From the NCBI RefSeq assembly GCF_001194135.2, contig NC_069001.1, forward strand, positions 19,856,394-19,892,504: 36,111 nucleotides of DNA. Reading direction: 5' to 3'. Shown here one piece after another: positions 1 to 11,505 of the stretch; the stretch's first letter is position 1, and each line of letters begins with the position of its first letter. The DNA is from Octopus bimaculoides (taxonomy: Eukaryota). Below the pieces are notes generated by a model. That model did not search any database. It had not been told where the DNA came from and saw nothing but the letters and a program-made list of their open reading frames with translations. The translations under genes were made by a program, and so were the position numbers.

Positions 1-200
1 TTTCAAGATCCAACCTCAGATTTATCATCGCATTGTCTCTCTACTACCTCTGTCAAATGAATCACCAAAATTGGCCTTTCATTATTTATAATCTGTACCT
101 GTTTGTTTGGTTACGAAATAAAATACACAAAACGTGTTTCTGAATTACGTGTATTTACTTTATATAGATATGAGTTGAAAACTTTCTTCTAGCATTCCAC

Positions 201-236
201 TTAATGTCTATGTTCCATGCTGGCATGGATTGGAGA
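201..236 (-). repeat. Degenerate 3' tail of the (CAT)n-tailed SINE family
   Basis: ttaatgtctatgttccatgctggcatggattggaga resembles tttaacgtccgctttccatgctagcatgggttggacg at 10803-10839 and 13480-13516. Confidence 0.35.
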
Positions 237-327
237 GTTATTAATGTAGAAATATGGTATCGTAGCTACTAACAGTTGAGGGTTGCGTAGTCTAGACGGC
301 GTTTTTAGATTTCATTATTCTCTTTAA

Positions 328-356
328 CCCGGGCAACGCCGGGCATTTCTGCTAGT
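328..356 (+). mobile_element. Helitron 3' terminus
   Basis: GC-rich hairpin CCCGG-gcaacg-CCGGG (328-343), 8-nt spacer, then CTAG followed by T (352-356). This is the canonical Helitron 3' end. The 5' TC end was not identified. Confidence 0.65.
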
Positions 357-744
357 AGTCTATATTACAGAGAGAATTTCTTATCTCTTCCTCTTATGTG
401 TCAGCTATGACCAAGGAGCAACACGCTCTTTTGCGTCAGCCATGACTAAGAGCAGCAGTTTCCTCGGCCGCAAGAAAGACGATGCCACCTTTATCCTTTC
501 TTCCTTTCTAGTCAGCACTGTGCATTCCTTATTCTTTCACTCTCTACTGACAGACAACCTTTTTCTACACTATCAGCGAGCCAACCTTCTTGTCACTATA
601 ATAGTTTCTAGTTGTCTCTTCAACTACCGGTCGGGCAAACGAATAAACATATTTGTTGTTTATAGTTTCAGCTTAGAGCTGCGGTCATGCTGTTCGACGG
701 AGAACCTTGTAGTGGGCTACATCATATCGACATGATATAGCATA

Positions 745-1057
745 TCACATCCAGCCCGCTACACGTGGAAACCACTCGTAAACTAGTGTTTTGCTCACGG
801 CAGCTTCCTTGTAAGTTGTTTGATGTATGACAACTGTTTCGGTCGCCGTTTCCCCGGTAGAAAACAGAATTTCACGGAAGCACGCTGTTCCTTCGTTCAG
901 CCATCGCAAAAATCGACGAACAGAGGAGAGGCACTGCAAAACAAAGATGCACCACATGGCTATATGACCTCAATAAATAACGCCGGTCGGAAGCCTGATC
1001 TACAACGGGCTTGTCACACAGAGAACGTTTCTGATTACTTTTGGGTACCCCATCGTA
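745..1057 (-). mobile_element. Tc1/mariner transposon 5' remnant (left TIR plus N-terminal HTH of transposase, disrupted)
   Basis: Minus-strand translation TATETVVIHQTTYKEAAVSKTLVYEWF matches the mariner Mos1-type HTH pattern (GKTAxET...AxSxxxVYEWF). A mariner-like end TA-CGATGGGGTACCCAAAAGTAATCAGAA runs from 1057 down to 1029. Confidence 0.75.
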
Positions 1058-2144
1058 TATTAAACCTGCAAAGTAACTTATTCCTTAAATGCGGGTACAT
1101 TTGTGCATGCAGCATTGTTCATTTACCGAATAGTCAGCCTTCACTATATTTTTTTTTAATGCTCTGATATGAAAAAGTGAACAAATTTGATATCAGGTAT
1201 CTCAAATAATTAATCACAAAATGTATTAATACATATAACAAGACTACTTACAGCGGATTAACTCAACGTGTTACTCAGAGACTTATATTATTAAGTGTGT
1301 CATAATAAGCTCCTGTTGTAATGGCTTAAGTTCGACATTTGCGATAAGAATGTTGATTTCATTTAGTATTTTGTTGCTTAATTTATATTTCCTTTTACTT
1401 ATTTGATTTATATTTTACTGAATTGAATAGGAAAAATAACACCAACAAATATATTCTGCAACGACCATATTACAAAATATATTTGGAGTTCAGAGGATAA
1501 AGCTTATATACACGTGTATAATGATTTATAATCCTTGACGTATGTACTAATCTTAATATCAACTTCACACACACACACCTACACACACACACATACATTC
1601 TCGGTTTTCGTTTGATCCAAATTTACACTTATGTACACAGGTACATACAGACACATAGAAATCCAGACACGTACACGCACACACAAATACACTCATCCTT
1701 CTACCACCCCCCACATGTTTTTTTTAAAAATTATCCAAACTGTTTTAATTGTAATTAATGTGGGTGTTGCGACGAATATTAAAATCTATTGTATTTTGTA
1801 TTATTCAGACATCGTTTCCTCCTATTAACAAAGGCCTGTACTTTAATCAATGACAAATACAGTGATGTTTCTGTCGATGACGCATGAAAAATATATAACA
1901 AAAAAATATATATATGTGTATATATAATCAACCATAGAATTGAACCAGCGCACGTGTTAATAATATTGGCATAATGACTCTCCCAAGACACAACAAAACG
2001 ATTAACTTATGTGGGTGAGTTTTCTTTTTATTTTACTTGTCTCCTATTTTGCTTTCTACTTCCTTAGTCTAATGAATGGATTGACACTTGGAGGTCCGCA
2101 TGAGACTTTGCTGTTAAAATTATTGTGCAATAAATTGGTTATAT

Positions 2145-2727
2145 AGGTGCAGACGAGGCTGTATGGTAAGAAGCTTGCTTCCCAACCACATGGTTTCGGG
2201 TCCAGTCTCACTGCGTGGCACCTTCGGCAAATGCCTCGGGCCGACCAGAGCCTTGTGAGTAAATTTGGTAGAAGGAAACTGAAATAAGTCCGTAGTATCT
2301 ATCTATCTATCTGTCTGTCTATCTATCTATCTGTCTATCTATCTACGTTTTTTTTCTTTTTTACTCTATAATAATTTTTCGTTTCTTTTTTCTTCCGTTT
2401 TATCCTTCTTTTCCGTTCAGACCGGCTACACTAGCGCAGCCCCATTCACTCTCAACTTCCTTACGACATTTGTCCATCTTTACTCAAAAGTTCTTTAAGG
2501 CAGGCACCTCCTCTCCAGACTTTGTGTCACTGTTTGTCCCCCACCACCGCTTGACAACCAGTGCTGGTATGTTTCCACCCCCGCAAGCTAGCGTTTCGGT
2601 AAAAGAATTAGATAGAATCAGGTTTAAAAGAAAAAAGTGTTGGGGTTTATACATTCGACTAAAAATTATTCAAGGTGGTACCCAGCATAGCCGAAGTCTA
2701 ATGACCGAAACAAGTAAAAGATAAAAG
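2145..2727 (+). mobile_element. tRNA-derived SINE family 1 (octopus-type), head plus internal simple sequence plus tail
   Basis: Head aggtgcagacgaggctgtatggtaagaagcttgcttcccaaccacatgg...ggaaactgaaataagtccgt; tail ccaccaccgcttgacaacc...gaaacaagtaaaagataaaag. Homologous to copies at 18538-18919 and 23875-24234. Confidence 0.8.
2296..2345. repeat. (TATC)n/(TGTC)n microsatellite inside the SINE
   Basis: tatctatctatctatctgtctgtctatctatc seen directly. Confidence 0.9.
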
Positions 2728-3173
2728 AATACATAAAATATCTAAAAAATTGTTTTAACGTTGTTCATAATAATATTTATAAATAAAAATATAATACCAC
2801 TTTTTCAACATGGGACGTCTATGAGGGTACACCCGATTACAATAGGAATCAAAAGGGGCCCAACGTGAAAAGAAAATGGTTGAGAACCATTAATTTAGAC
2901 CGTGCTTTCTGACGACGAATAGACACTATTAACATAATTTAACAAGAGAATACTTCTATTTAGTTACTCCTCTGCTCTGTCTCTCTCATATGTATGTGTG
3001 TATAAAGAAAGTGAAAGATATGTATAGAAAGATAGGCTGATAGAAAGTGAGATCTATGTATATGCATGTATGTATGTGTGTATGTATATGAATTATGTAT
3101 ATATATATATATATCCATGTATCTATGTATGTGTGAGTATGCATATACATGTTAATGTGAATATATATGCATA

Positions 3174-3273
3174 NNNNNNNNNNNNNNNNNNNNNNNNNNN
3201 NNNNNNNNNNNNNNNNNNNNNNNNNNNNNNNNNNNNNNNNNNNNNNNNNNNNNNNNNNNNNNNNNNNNNNNNN
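3174..3273. other. Assembly gap (100 N)
   Basis: N run preceded by TA-rich simple sequence. Confidence 1.
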
Positions 3274-3639
3274 CCCATACATCCCATACACCATTCACAT
3301 TACAGATCTAGATCTACCTTAATGGCACCAAATCCAGAACTACTTACCTCCCTTACACATAATCTTGTTACTAAGGGACTAATAGACCTGACACCGTTCA
3401 GTATTCGGTGTGTATTCAGAGCAATGATTAGCAATATTACGAAACCAGTATGCTTTTGAATCTCTTTAACAACTCACAAAAATGACTTTTATTACCTTTA
3501 TTCCTACCTCAGTTCATCTAATTGTACATTTCTATCGTTACTTGTTATAAAAAGCCTTTACTTTCTTTGATTTCCAATGTGCATTTTCGCTTATTTTCTG
3601 CTTACTTTCCCCCTATATATATTATATATATATATATAT

Positions 3640-4378
3640 NNNNNNNNNNNNNNNNNNNNNNNNNNNNNNNNNNNNNNNNNNNNNNNNNNNNNNNNNNNNN
3701 NNNNNNNNNNNNNNNNNNNNNNNNNNNNNNNNNNNNNNNNNNNNNNNNNNNNNNNNNNNNNNNNNNNNNNNNNNNNNNNNNNNNNNNNNNNNNNNNNNNN
3801 NNNNNNNNNNNNNNNNNNNNNNNNNNNNNNNNNNNNNNNNNNNNNNNNNNNNNNNNNNNNNNNNNNNNNNNNNNNNNNNNNNNNNNNNNNNNNNNNNNNN
3901 NNNNNNNNNNNNNNNNNNNNNNNNNNNNNNNNNNNNNNNNNNNNNNNNNNNNNNNNNNNNNNNNNNNNNNNNNNNNNNNNNNNNNNNNNNNNNNNNNNNN
4001 NNNNNNNNNNNNNNNNNNNNNNNNNNNNNNNNNNNNNNNNNNNNNNNNNNNNNNNNNNNNNNNNNNNNNNNNNNNNNNNNNNNNNNNNNNNNNNNNNNNN
4101 NNNNNNNNNNNNNNNNNNNNNNNNNNNNNNNNNNNNNNNNNNNNNNNNNNNNNNNNNNNNNNNNNNNNNNNNNNNNNNNNNNNNNNNNNNNNNNNNNNNN
4201 NNNNNNNNNNNNNNNNNNNNNNNNNNNNNNNNNNNNNNNNNNNNNNNNNNNNNNNNNNNNNNNNNNNNNNNNNNNNNNNNNNNNNNNNNNNNNNNNNNNN
4301 NNNNNNNNNNNNNNNNNNNNNNNNNNNNNNNNNNNNNNNNNNNNNNNNNNNNNNNNNNNNNNNNNNNNNNNNNNNNNN
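3640..4378. other. Assembly gap between (TA)n tracts
   Basis: N run. ORFs spanning it are artefacts. Confidence 1.
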
Positions 4379-4439
4379 TATATATATATATATATATGTA
4401 TATATATAGGGAGAATTCACAAAAAAACAAAAGACAAAA

Positions 4440-5529
4440 ACAGGTGGTAATGACAACAAAGAGATGCATTAGTTTCACACACAAGAAGTGAAAAAGTCTT
4501 TAATGTTTTGTGCCTACTCTCTTCCACAGAAAGGAACACAGAAAGAAACAAGGAGAGAAAATAAAGAATGTGTAGTGGCTATCGATCTATCATCACAAAT
4601 ACTGGACAGAGGGGTCACACAGGAGACCTAGGAAGAAGGGTAGATAAAGTAGTGGTGATCCCAAAATAAAGGTACGCGTGCATGTGTATAAGAGAGCATG
4701 TTTGTGCATGTGGAAGCGGGCTGGTTACCTTGACATGTGCATGTGTGTATGTGTAGGTGTTAGTGGTGTGATGTGATGTGGTATTGTGTGGTATGGTGTA
4801 GTGGTGTGTGGTGTGAAGGTGTTGGGATGTGGGAGAGGCAAGAGTGAGAAAAGCAAGGGTGGGGTATGGGTTAGGCTGATGGTGGTGGTAGAAGTGGGGT
4901 ATATCAGAGTGTGTGTAAGGGATGGCGTGGGATTGATAGGGAAGGTGATGTTGGATTATGTAGGGGTGGGGTTACGAGGGAGTGGTGACAATGAAGGGAG
5001 AGGGGAAGGGAGAAGGTGGGAAGGAGTGAAGAGAAGAGAGGAGAATAGGAGTGAAGAAGGAGTCAGAGTAAGAGAGATGGGTGGGAGGAAGTACGTATGA
5101 GAGGGAGAGTAGAGAGGAGGAGGGTTAGATGAAGAGGGAGGAGAGTGGAGCCCATGTGGCGCAAAGGAGCGAAGATAGAAGATTAATCCCTGTTCACTGT
5201 GCAAACGGAAGTCTGGATGGCCCCTGTGCAAGGACAATCCTTACACAGACAGGTGTTGCACAAAGTGACCGGTAGAGCAGAAATGGTGTGAGACAGCGGT
5301 GTCATTGCCGAGTCAGAAGTCTCGGAGGTGTTCCATGAACCGGTCAGCCAAGTGGCGTCCCGTTTGCCTAATGTATAGAGAAGGACAGAGAGAGCAGGAG
5401 ATGCAATAGATGACATTGGTAGAAGTGCAGGTGAAGGAGTCAGTGATATGATAGGGTTGATGATGGGTGCCGGTGAGGAGGGTGGGGTTGGAGAGGTAAG
5501 GGCAAGTACGGCAGTATGGGCAGGGGCAA
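4440..5529 (-). mobile_element. Penelope-like element 3' part: GIY-YIG endonuclease pseudogene plus 3' UTR/pLTR
   Basis: Minus translation CPYCRTCPYL...SFTCTSTNVIYCISCSLCPSLYIRQTGRHLADRFMEHLRD then HHFCSTGH...LSLHRGHPDFRLHSEQGLIFYLRSFAPHGL is a typical PLE GIY-YIG domain with stops. It abuts (TA)n and a gap at its 5' side. Confidence 0.85.
4498..4533 (-). ncRNA. Degenerate minimal hammerhead-like motif in the PLE terminal region
   Basis: Minus strand CTTT-CTGTGGA-AGAGAGTAGGCAC-AAAACATT-AAAG. Stem I CTTT/AAAG is complementary, but A6 is U and the GAAA and stem II positions are eroded. Confidence 0.35.
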
Positions 5530-5551
5530 TATATATATATATATATATATA

Positions 5552-6470
5552 NNNNNNNNNNNNNNNNNNNNNNNNNNNNNNNNNNNNNNNNNNNNNNNNN
5601 NNNNNNNNNNNNNNNNNNNNNNNNNNNNNNNNNNNNNNNNNNNNNNNNNNNNNNNNNNNNNNNNNNNNNNNNNNNNNNNNNNNNNNNNNNNNNNNNNNNN
5701 NNNNNNNNNNNNNNNNNNNNNNNNNNNNNNNNNNNNNNNNNNNNNNNNNNNNNNNNNNNNNNNNNNNNNNNNNNNNNNNNNNNNNNNNNNNNNNNNNNNN
5801 NNNNNNNNNNNNNNNNNNNNNNNNNNNNNNNNNNNNNNNNNNNNNNNNNNNNNNNNNNNNNNNNNNNNNNNNNNNNNNNNNNNNNNNNNNNNNNNNNNNN
5901 NNNNNNNNNNNNNNNNNNNNNNNNNNNNNNNNNNNNNNNNNNNNNNNNNNNNNNNNNNNNNNNNNNNNNNNNNNNNNNNNNNNNNNNNNNNNNNNNNNNN
6001 NNNNNNNNNNNNNNNNNNNNNNNNNNNNNNNNNNNNNNNNNNNNNNNNNNNNNNNNNNNNNNNNNNNNNNNNNNNNNNNNNNNNNNNNNNNNNNNNNNNN
6101 NNNNNNNNNNNNNNNNNNNNNNNNNNNNNNNNNNNNNNNNNNNNNNNNNNNNNNNNNNNNNNNNNNNNNNNNNNNNNNNNNNNNNNNNNNNNNNNNNNNN
6201 NNNNNNNNNNNNNNNNNNNNNNNNNNNNNNNNNNNNNNNNNNNNNNNNNNNNNNNNNNNNNNNNNNNNNNNNNNNNNNNNNNNNNNNNNNNNNNNNNNNN
6301 NNNNNNNNNNNNNNNNNNNNNNNNNNNNNNNNNNNNNNNNNNNNNNNNNNNNNNNNNNNNNNNNNNNNNNNNNNNNNNNNNNNNNNNNNNNNNNNNNNNN
6401 NNNNNNNNNNNNNNNNNNNNNNNNNNNNNNNNNNNNNNNNNNNNNNNNNNNNNNNNNNNNNNNNNNNNNN
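5552..6470. other. Assembly gap between (TA)n tracts
   Basis: N run. Confidence 1.
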
Positions 6471-6523
<53 letters not shown>

Positions 6524-7639
6524 TGGAGTAAGCACATAAATGTGCAACAAGGTGGAAAAAAGAGTACTCAAATATGTAAGTATATACATATAAGTATATA
6601 TATATATGTATGTATATATATATGTATGTATATATATATGTATGTATATATGTATGTACATATATATGTGTCAGGTTGCTCTCGAGTGCTACTGGTACCA
6701 TGTAGCCCAGTACAATCTGTTTCATGGTCAGGTCATCGGCGACTAAACTGGCAATCCCACCAGGCTTGCTTGGTGAGGTGGGTGCTTGTTGAACACCCTA
6801 CAGGACAAAAAATAAGACCTGTCAAAGGGCGGAGGAACTACAACGTAGTCAACGGCCATTCAACGTGTGCTTGTGGAGTGTTTGTGTGTATTGTATTATG
6901 TATGTTGCATTTTGGACTGTGTGTGTGTGTTGTATATACTGTGTTTTTTTTTTTTTTTAATTGTATATATCGGATGGGCAGTGGGCAGTTCCTTCTGGTC
7001 CTGTATGGGTAGTGAGACATCCCTGCCCTCCAAGAGTCTCCCACTGCCTTGCGGGTAGGTTTTTTTGGTTAATCAAAGGCTAGGGAGTAAACTGTATCCA
7101 AATCCAAGAGTGGAGCCTCTAAGGTGGTTAGGTGATGAAGTCCATCATCTCTCCGGCAGCACCTGCAGTCCAGTCGTGGATAGGATGTGTCGTCCTGTGT
7201 CCCTCCTGGCTAGATCGCTGGACCAAGAGGGGGGTCCTGGGCTTGGGCAATCCAAGGCCTCCACAGTTCTCTTGCCCAGGATTCAGTGACTCCACCCCCT
7301 CTACTTCTTCCAAGTCCTGAGGCGAAGGGCGAATGGTGACGGTGGCAAGTGCAGGATGGCACTGGGAGCTGCTAGCCATGGACCTGCACTCAGGCGGTCA
7401 GGGCAGGATGGTCATTCTGCAGCCTACCAGGGCAAGGGCATAGTTCGGCAGCCACTCCAATGATGGAGCAGCCCTCTTCAGGGATAGCACTGCTCCCCGC
7501 TTTAGGGGGAAGGTTCTAGAAAAGGTGACCTAAAGAAAGCTTGCCTCATCTCATCCTGTCAGCATACTGCAGCTGACTGGTCATCTACCACGCGGTCGAA
7601 ACATGTAAGAAATACGAAAGAAGAACCCCAAATCCTCCC

Positions 7640-8304
7640 ACCGGAGAAACACTTTATGTATTGGAGCCTGGAACATCAGGACACTCATGGACAACCAAAA
7701 CTGTGACAGACCAGAACATCGAACAGCACTTGTGGGTCGTGAACTGCAGAGATACAGCATTGATGTTGCTGCCCTCAGTGAGACACGCCTTGCTGACACG
7801 GGGGAGATCACCGAGGCTGAAGCTGGATACACTTTTTTGGGGTCAGGGAAGGCACTGGATGAATGCAGGGAAGCAGGAGTTAGTTTTGCTATACGCACCA
7901 CCCTCGTCAAGAACCTGGAGTCCCTCCCAAAAGAAATCAGTGACCACCTGATGGTGATGAGAATTCCTCTCCAAGGCAAGATGCACCTGACACTCACCAG
8001 TGCTTACGCCCCCACCGCGACCTACACTCAGGGGCAGAGAGAGCTGTTCTATCAGAACCTCACCAAAGTGTTACGGTCAGTTCCTAAAGACAACCTGCTG
8101 ATACTCGGGGACTTCAATGCCCATATAGGCAGAGATGCCCAGTCTTGGTCAGATGTCATTGGGCCACATGGCATCGGACATGAGAATACCAATGGTCAAC
8201 TGCTACTCACCTTCTGCGCTGAACAGAGACTCACCATCAATACTCTATGCCAACTGCCTGACATCCACAAGGCTACCTTGATGCACCCAAGGTCCAAGCA
8301 TTGA
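7640..8304 (+). pseudogene. APE-type endonuclease domain of the RTE LINE
   Basis: ORF 7687-8304 with SETRL, YAPT and GDFNA motifs, interrupted by TGA at the W of HWHLID. Confidence 0.9.
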
Positions 8305-9018
8305 CACCTGATTGACTACGTGATCACCAGGCGCTGTGACATCCAGGATGTTCACATCACTAGGACAATGAGGGGAGCTGACTGCTGGACAGATCACCTG
8401 CTGTTGAGGTGCAGACTGTCCAGACGCCAGAAAGGTGATGTTAAAAAGAAACTGGACGTCCAGAAACTCAATGAACCAAAAACAAAAGTGACCCTCATTG
8501 CCAATCTTGCGAACCAGCTTGAACATCTGCCTACAGAGGGAAACATCGAGAAGGCCTGGGCGAACTTCCGGGATGCAGTGTATGACTCTGCCAGCCTTAC
8601 CCTTGGCCACACAAAACGGAAACACCAAGACTGGTTTGACAACAACAAGATCATCACCCTCCTCCAGCAGAAGAAAGAAGCCTTCACAGCCTGGCTCAAC
8701 AACAAAGACTCCCAAGCCAAGCATGACTGCCTCAAGAACATCGGAGGAAAGGTGCAGACTGAGCTGTGACAGATGAAAGACAAGTGGTGGGAAAACAAGG
8801 CTGCAAAACTACAGCAGTATGCAGATGAGCACAACTCGAAGAAGTTCTTTGCCAGCCTGAAAGACATGTATGGCCACACGCTAAATGCAATGGCACCTGT
8901 GTGCTCTGCCGATAGAACCCTGCTTACTGAGAAGAGCAACAGCATACAGCGCTAGAGTGAACACTTCAGTCAGCTGCTGAACAGACCTTCCGAGATTGAC
9001 CAGCAGGCCATCCAAGAC

Positions 9019-10164
9019 ATGCCACAGTGCCCAGTCCTGGTGTCACTTGATGACCCCCCAACACTGGCAGAAATCCAGGCCATCAAGCAACTACATGTAG
9101 GGAAAGCATCTGGTCCTGATGGAATACCCCCAGAGATCTTCAAAGAAGGAGGTGAAGCTGTTGCCATCAAGTTGACTGAGCTGATTCAGCAGTTCTGGGA
9201 CGATGGGTCAGTGCTGCAGGACTTCAAGGATGCCAACATCGTGCCTCTGTACAAGAACAAGGGGAACAGAGCTTCATGTGACAACCACAGAGGCATCTCA
9301 TTGCTGAGCATCGCAGGAAAGATCATGGCCCGTGTTTTTCTGAACCGCATCACACACCACCTGCTGGACAAAGTGGTCTCAGAGAGCCAGTGTGGATTTA
9401 GGAACAACAGGGGGACAATAGCCATGGTCTTTGCAGTACAGCAGATACAAGAAAAGTGCCGAGAACAAAACCAGAACCTCTACATCCTCTTCCTGGACCT
9501 GACAAAGGCTTTTGAGACTGTCAGCCGAGAAGGCCTGTGGGATATCTTGTCCAAGCTAGGCTGCCCACCAAAGCTCGTCAGGATCATCCAGTCATTTCCT
9601 GATGGCATGATGGCTTGCATCGTGGAAAACGGAGATGTCTCTGATCCATTCCCGGTCTCCAATGGCATGAAGCAAGGCTGCATGATAGCTCCTACACTCT
9701 TCAGCCTCATGTTTGCCACCAATGTCTTCCGCGGCCTGTCAAAGTCTGATGCTGATGTCGCTATTCGCTACAGATGTGACGGCCAATTCTTTGACCCCAG
9801 ACGTCTGAAGGCAAAAACCGAAGTCCTGGATGCCCTAGTGAGAGACTTCTTGTTTGCAGACGATTGTGCGCTTACAGCATTGACTGAACCAGACCTGCAA
9901 GAACTTGCCACTTGTCTCGCAGAAGCAGCAAAATCCTTCAGACTGACCATTAGCCTGCAAAAGACTGAAGTGATGCTTCAGCCTGCACCTGGCCTGACAC
10001 CTCCTGAGCCTCAGATTGAGATTGAGGGCACAACTCTGAACAACGTGGAGAGCTTTACACACCTGGGAAGCTGCCTGTCCTCAAACTGCAACATGGACCA
10101 AGATGTCTCCATGAGGCTTGCAGAAGCAGGAGCTTTGTTTGGCAGACTTTGGACATATGTGTGA
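9019..10164 (+). pseudogene. Reverse transcriptase domain of the RTE LINE
   Basis: 381-aa ORF with non-LTR RT motifs including FADD. It is bounded by premature stops. Confidence 0.92.
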
Positions 10165-10780
10165 GCTGAACAAGGCATCAGACTTTCCACCAAGCTGGCA
10201 GTCTATAGGGCAGTCGTCATCACCTCTCTGCTATACGGCTGTGGGACGTGGACGCTGTATAGGAGGCAAATACGAATACTTGACCAGTTCCACCTCCACT
10301 GCTTGCGACGAATCATGGGAATTTCTTGGGAGGACAGAGTCTCCAACACGGAGGTGCTCCACGGTACCGAAATGCCCAGGAACAAAGCCCTCATCATGAA
10401 GGCCCAGCACCGATGGGTTGGACATGTAGTCCGAATGGACGATGCGCATCTCCCAAAGATGATCTTCTTCTCTTAGCTGGCTTCTGGAGCAAGAAAACCT
10501 GGAAGGCCACTGAGGTGATACAAAGACAGCCTGAAAACGTCCTTTGAGGCCTGCGACATCCAGCTGTCCAAAAGGGTGTTAGGCTGTTCGAGGAAAAGAG
10601 CCTCAAGAGCCTGGACCAGAAGTGATAAGCCTGAAAAGAGAGGATCTCCAACACTACTTCTGCTGTTACGTGCCCAACATGCCGCCGCGTCCGTCTTTAG
10701 GCTCCTCTCCCACCTCCAGCGTCACTGACGTCATTGTCGAACCCCAACAGACTTCCATTATGATGCGTCTATATATATAT

Positions 10781-11171
10781 ATCATCATCATCATCATCGT
10801 CGTTTAACGTCCGCTTTCCATGCTAGCATGGGTTGGACGATTTGACTGACGACTGGTGAACCAGATGGCGACACCAGGCTCCAATCTGATTTGGCAGAGT
10901 TTCTACAGCTGGATGCCCTTGCTAATGCCAACCACTCAGAGAGTGTAGTGGGTGCTTTTACGTGCCACCGGCACGAAGGCCAGTCAGGCGGTACTGGCAA
11001 CAGCCACGCTTAAAATGGTTCTATTTTATGTGCCGCCTGCACAGGAGCCAGTCCATCAGCACTGGCAATGATCTCGCTTGAATGTCTTTACACGTGCCAC
11101 TGGCACAAGTGCCAGGAAGGCGACGCTGGGCACAGGTGCCATCACGATTTCGCTTTCGCTCGCCCCAACAG
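10781..11171 (-). mobile_element. (CAT)n-tailed SINE-like repeat (family 2), inserted at the 3' end of the RTE LINE
   Basis: catcatcatcgtcgtttaacgtccgctttccatgctagcatgggttggacg... is the reverse complement of the copy at 12264-12627. Confidence 0.8.
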
Positions 11172-11269
11172 TTGAGAAGACACTGTGTGCAAGAGAGAAG
11201 AACGCCTGTCCTCCACAGCTTAAGTGTCACGGTCGGTCCCCTCAATGGTGAAGATTGGCCTACAAGAGT

Positions 11270-11400
11270 TCCGGAAAAAGCATTCAAAAGTGTCTGTGCA
11301 GTGCCACGTAAAAGCACCCAACACACTCTTCAAACTGACTGGCATTAGGAAGGGCATCTAGCCCTAGAAACCATGCCAGCTCTGGTCAAACCGTCCAACC
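11270..11400 (+). mobile_element. Family 2 SINE 3' fragment (diverged variant)
   Basis: gtgccacgtaaaagcacccaacacactc...ggcattaggaagggcatctagccctagaaac is homologous to 12430-12505. Confidence 0.65.
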
Positions 11401-11505
11401 CATGCCAGCTCTGGTCAAACCGTCCAACCCATGCCAGTTCTGGTCAAACCGTCCAACCCATGCCAGTTCTGGTCAAACCGTCCAACCCATGCCAGTTCTG
11501 GTCAA
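11372..11505 (+). repeat. 29-bp tandem minisatellite (~4.6 visible units) running into a gap
   Basis: Unit catgccag(c/t)tctggtcaaaccgtccaacc repeated exactly. It derives from the SINE tail motif gtccaacccatgc. Confidence 0.95.

Larger units (their letters stand above)
6970..10765 (+). mobile_element. Near-full-length RTE-clade LINE (RTE/BovB-like), inactivated
   Basis: GC-richer 5' UTR, then a single disrupted ORF: APE endonuclease (GAWNIRTL, AALSETR, AYAPT, LILGDFNAHIG, IDYVIT), RT (GPDGIP, NHRGISLL, QCGFR, FLDLTKAFETVSREGLW, LFADDCAL), C-terminal CPTC...SHLQRH, and a short 3' tail ending cattatgatg. Several stops and frameshifts. The 5' boundary is approximate. Confidence 0.92.

Noticed and set aside
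405-470. GAGC-aacac-GCTC hairpin next to CTGACG on the minus strand, suggestive of a hammerhead
   Set aside because: The core reads CTGACGC and no GAAA follows stem II, so the motif order does not fit.
2855-2892. hAT-like terminal motif (ggttgagaaccatt)
   Set aside because: No convincing partner TIR or 8-bp TSD found.
2986-6725. Long ORFs of 100-498 aa in the track here and at 11373-12546, 16530-17164 and 22353-23075
   Set aside because: They are open only because N runs and (TA)n/(CA)n tracts contain no stops.
11372-11505. 29-bp repeats as a CRISPR array
   Set aside because: Units are contiguous with no spacers, the context is eukaryotic, and they derive from a SINE tail.
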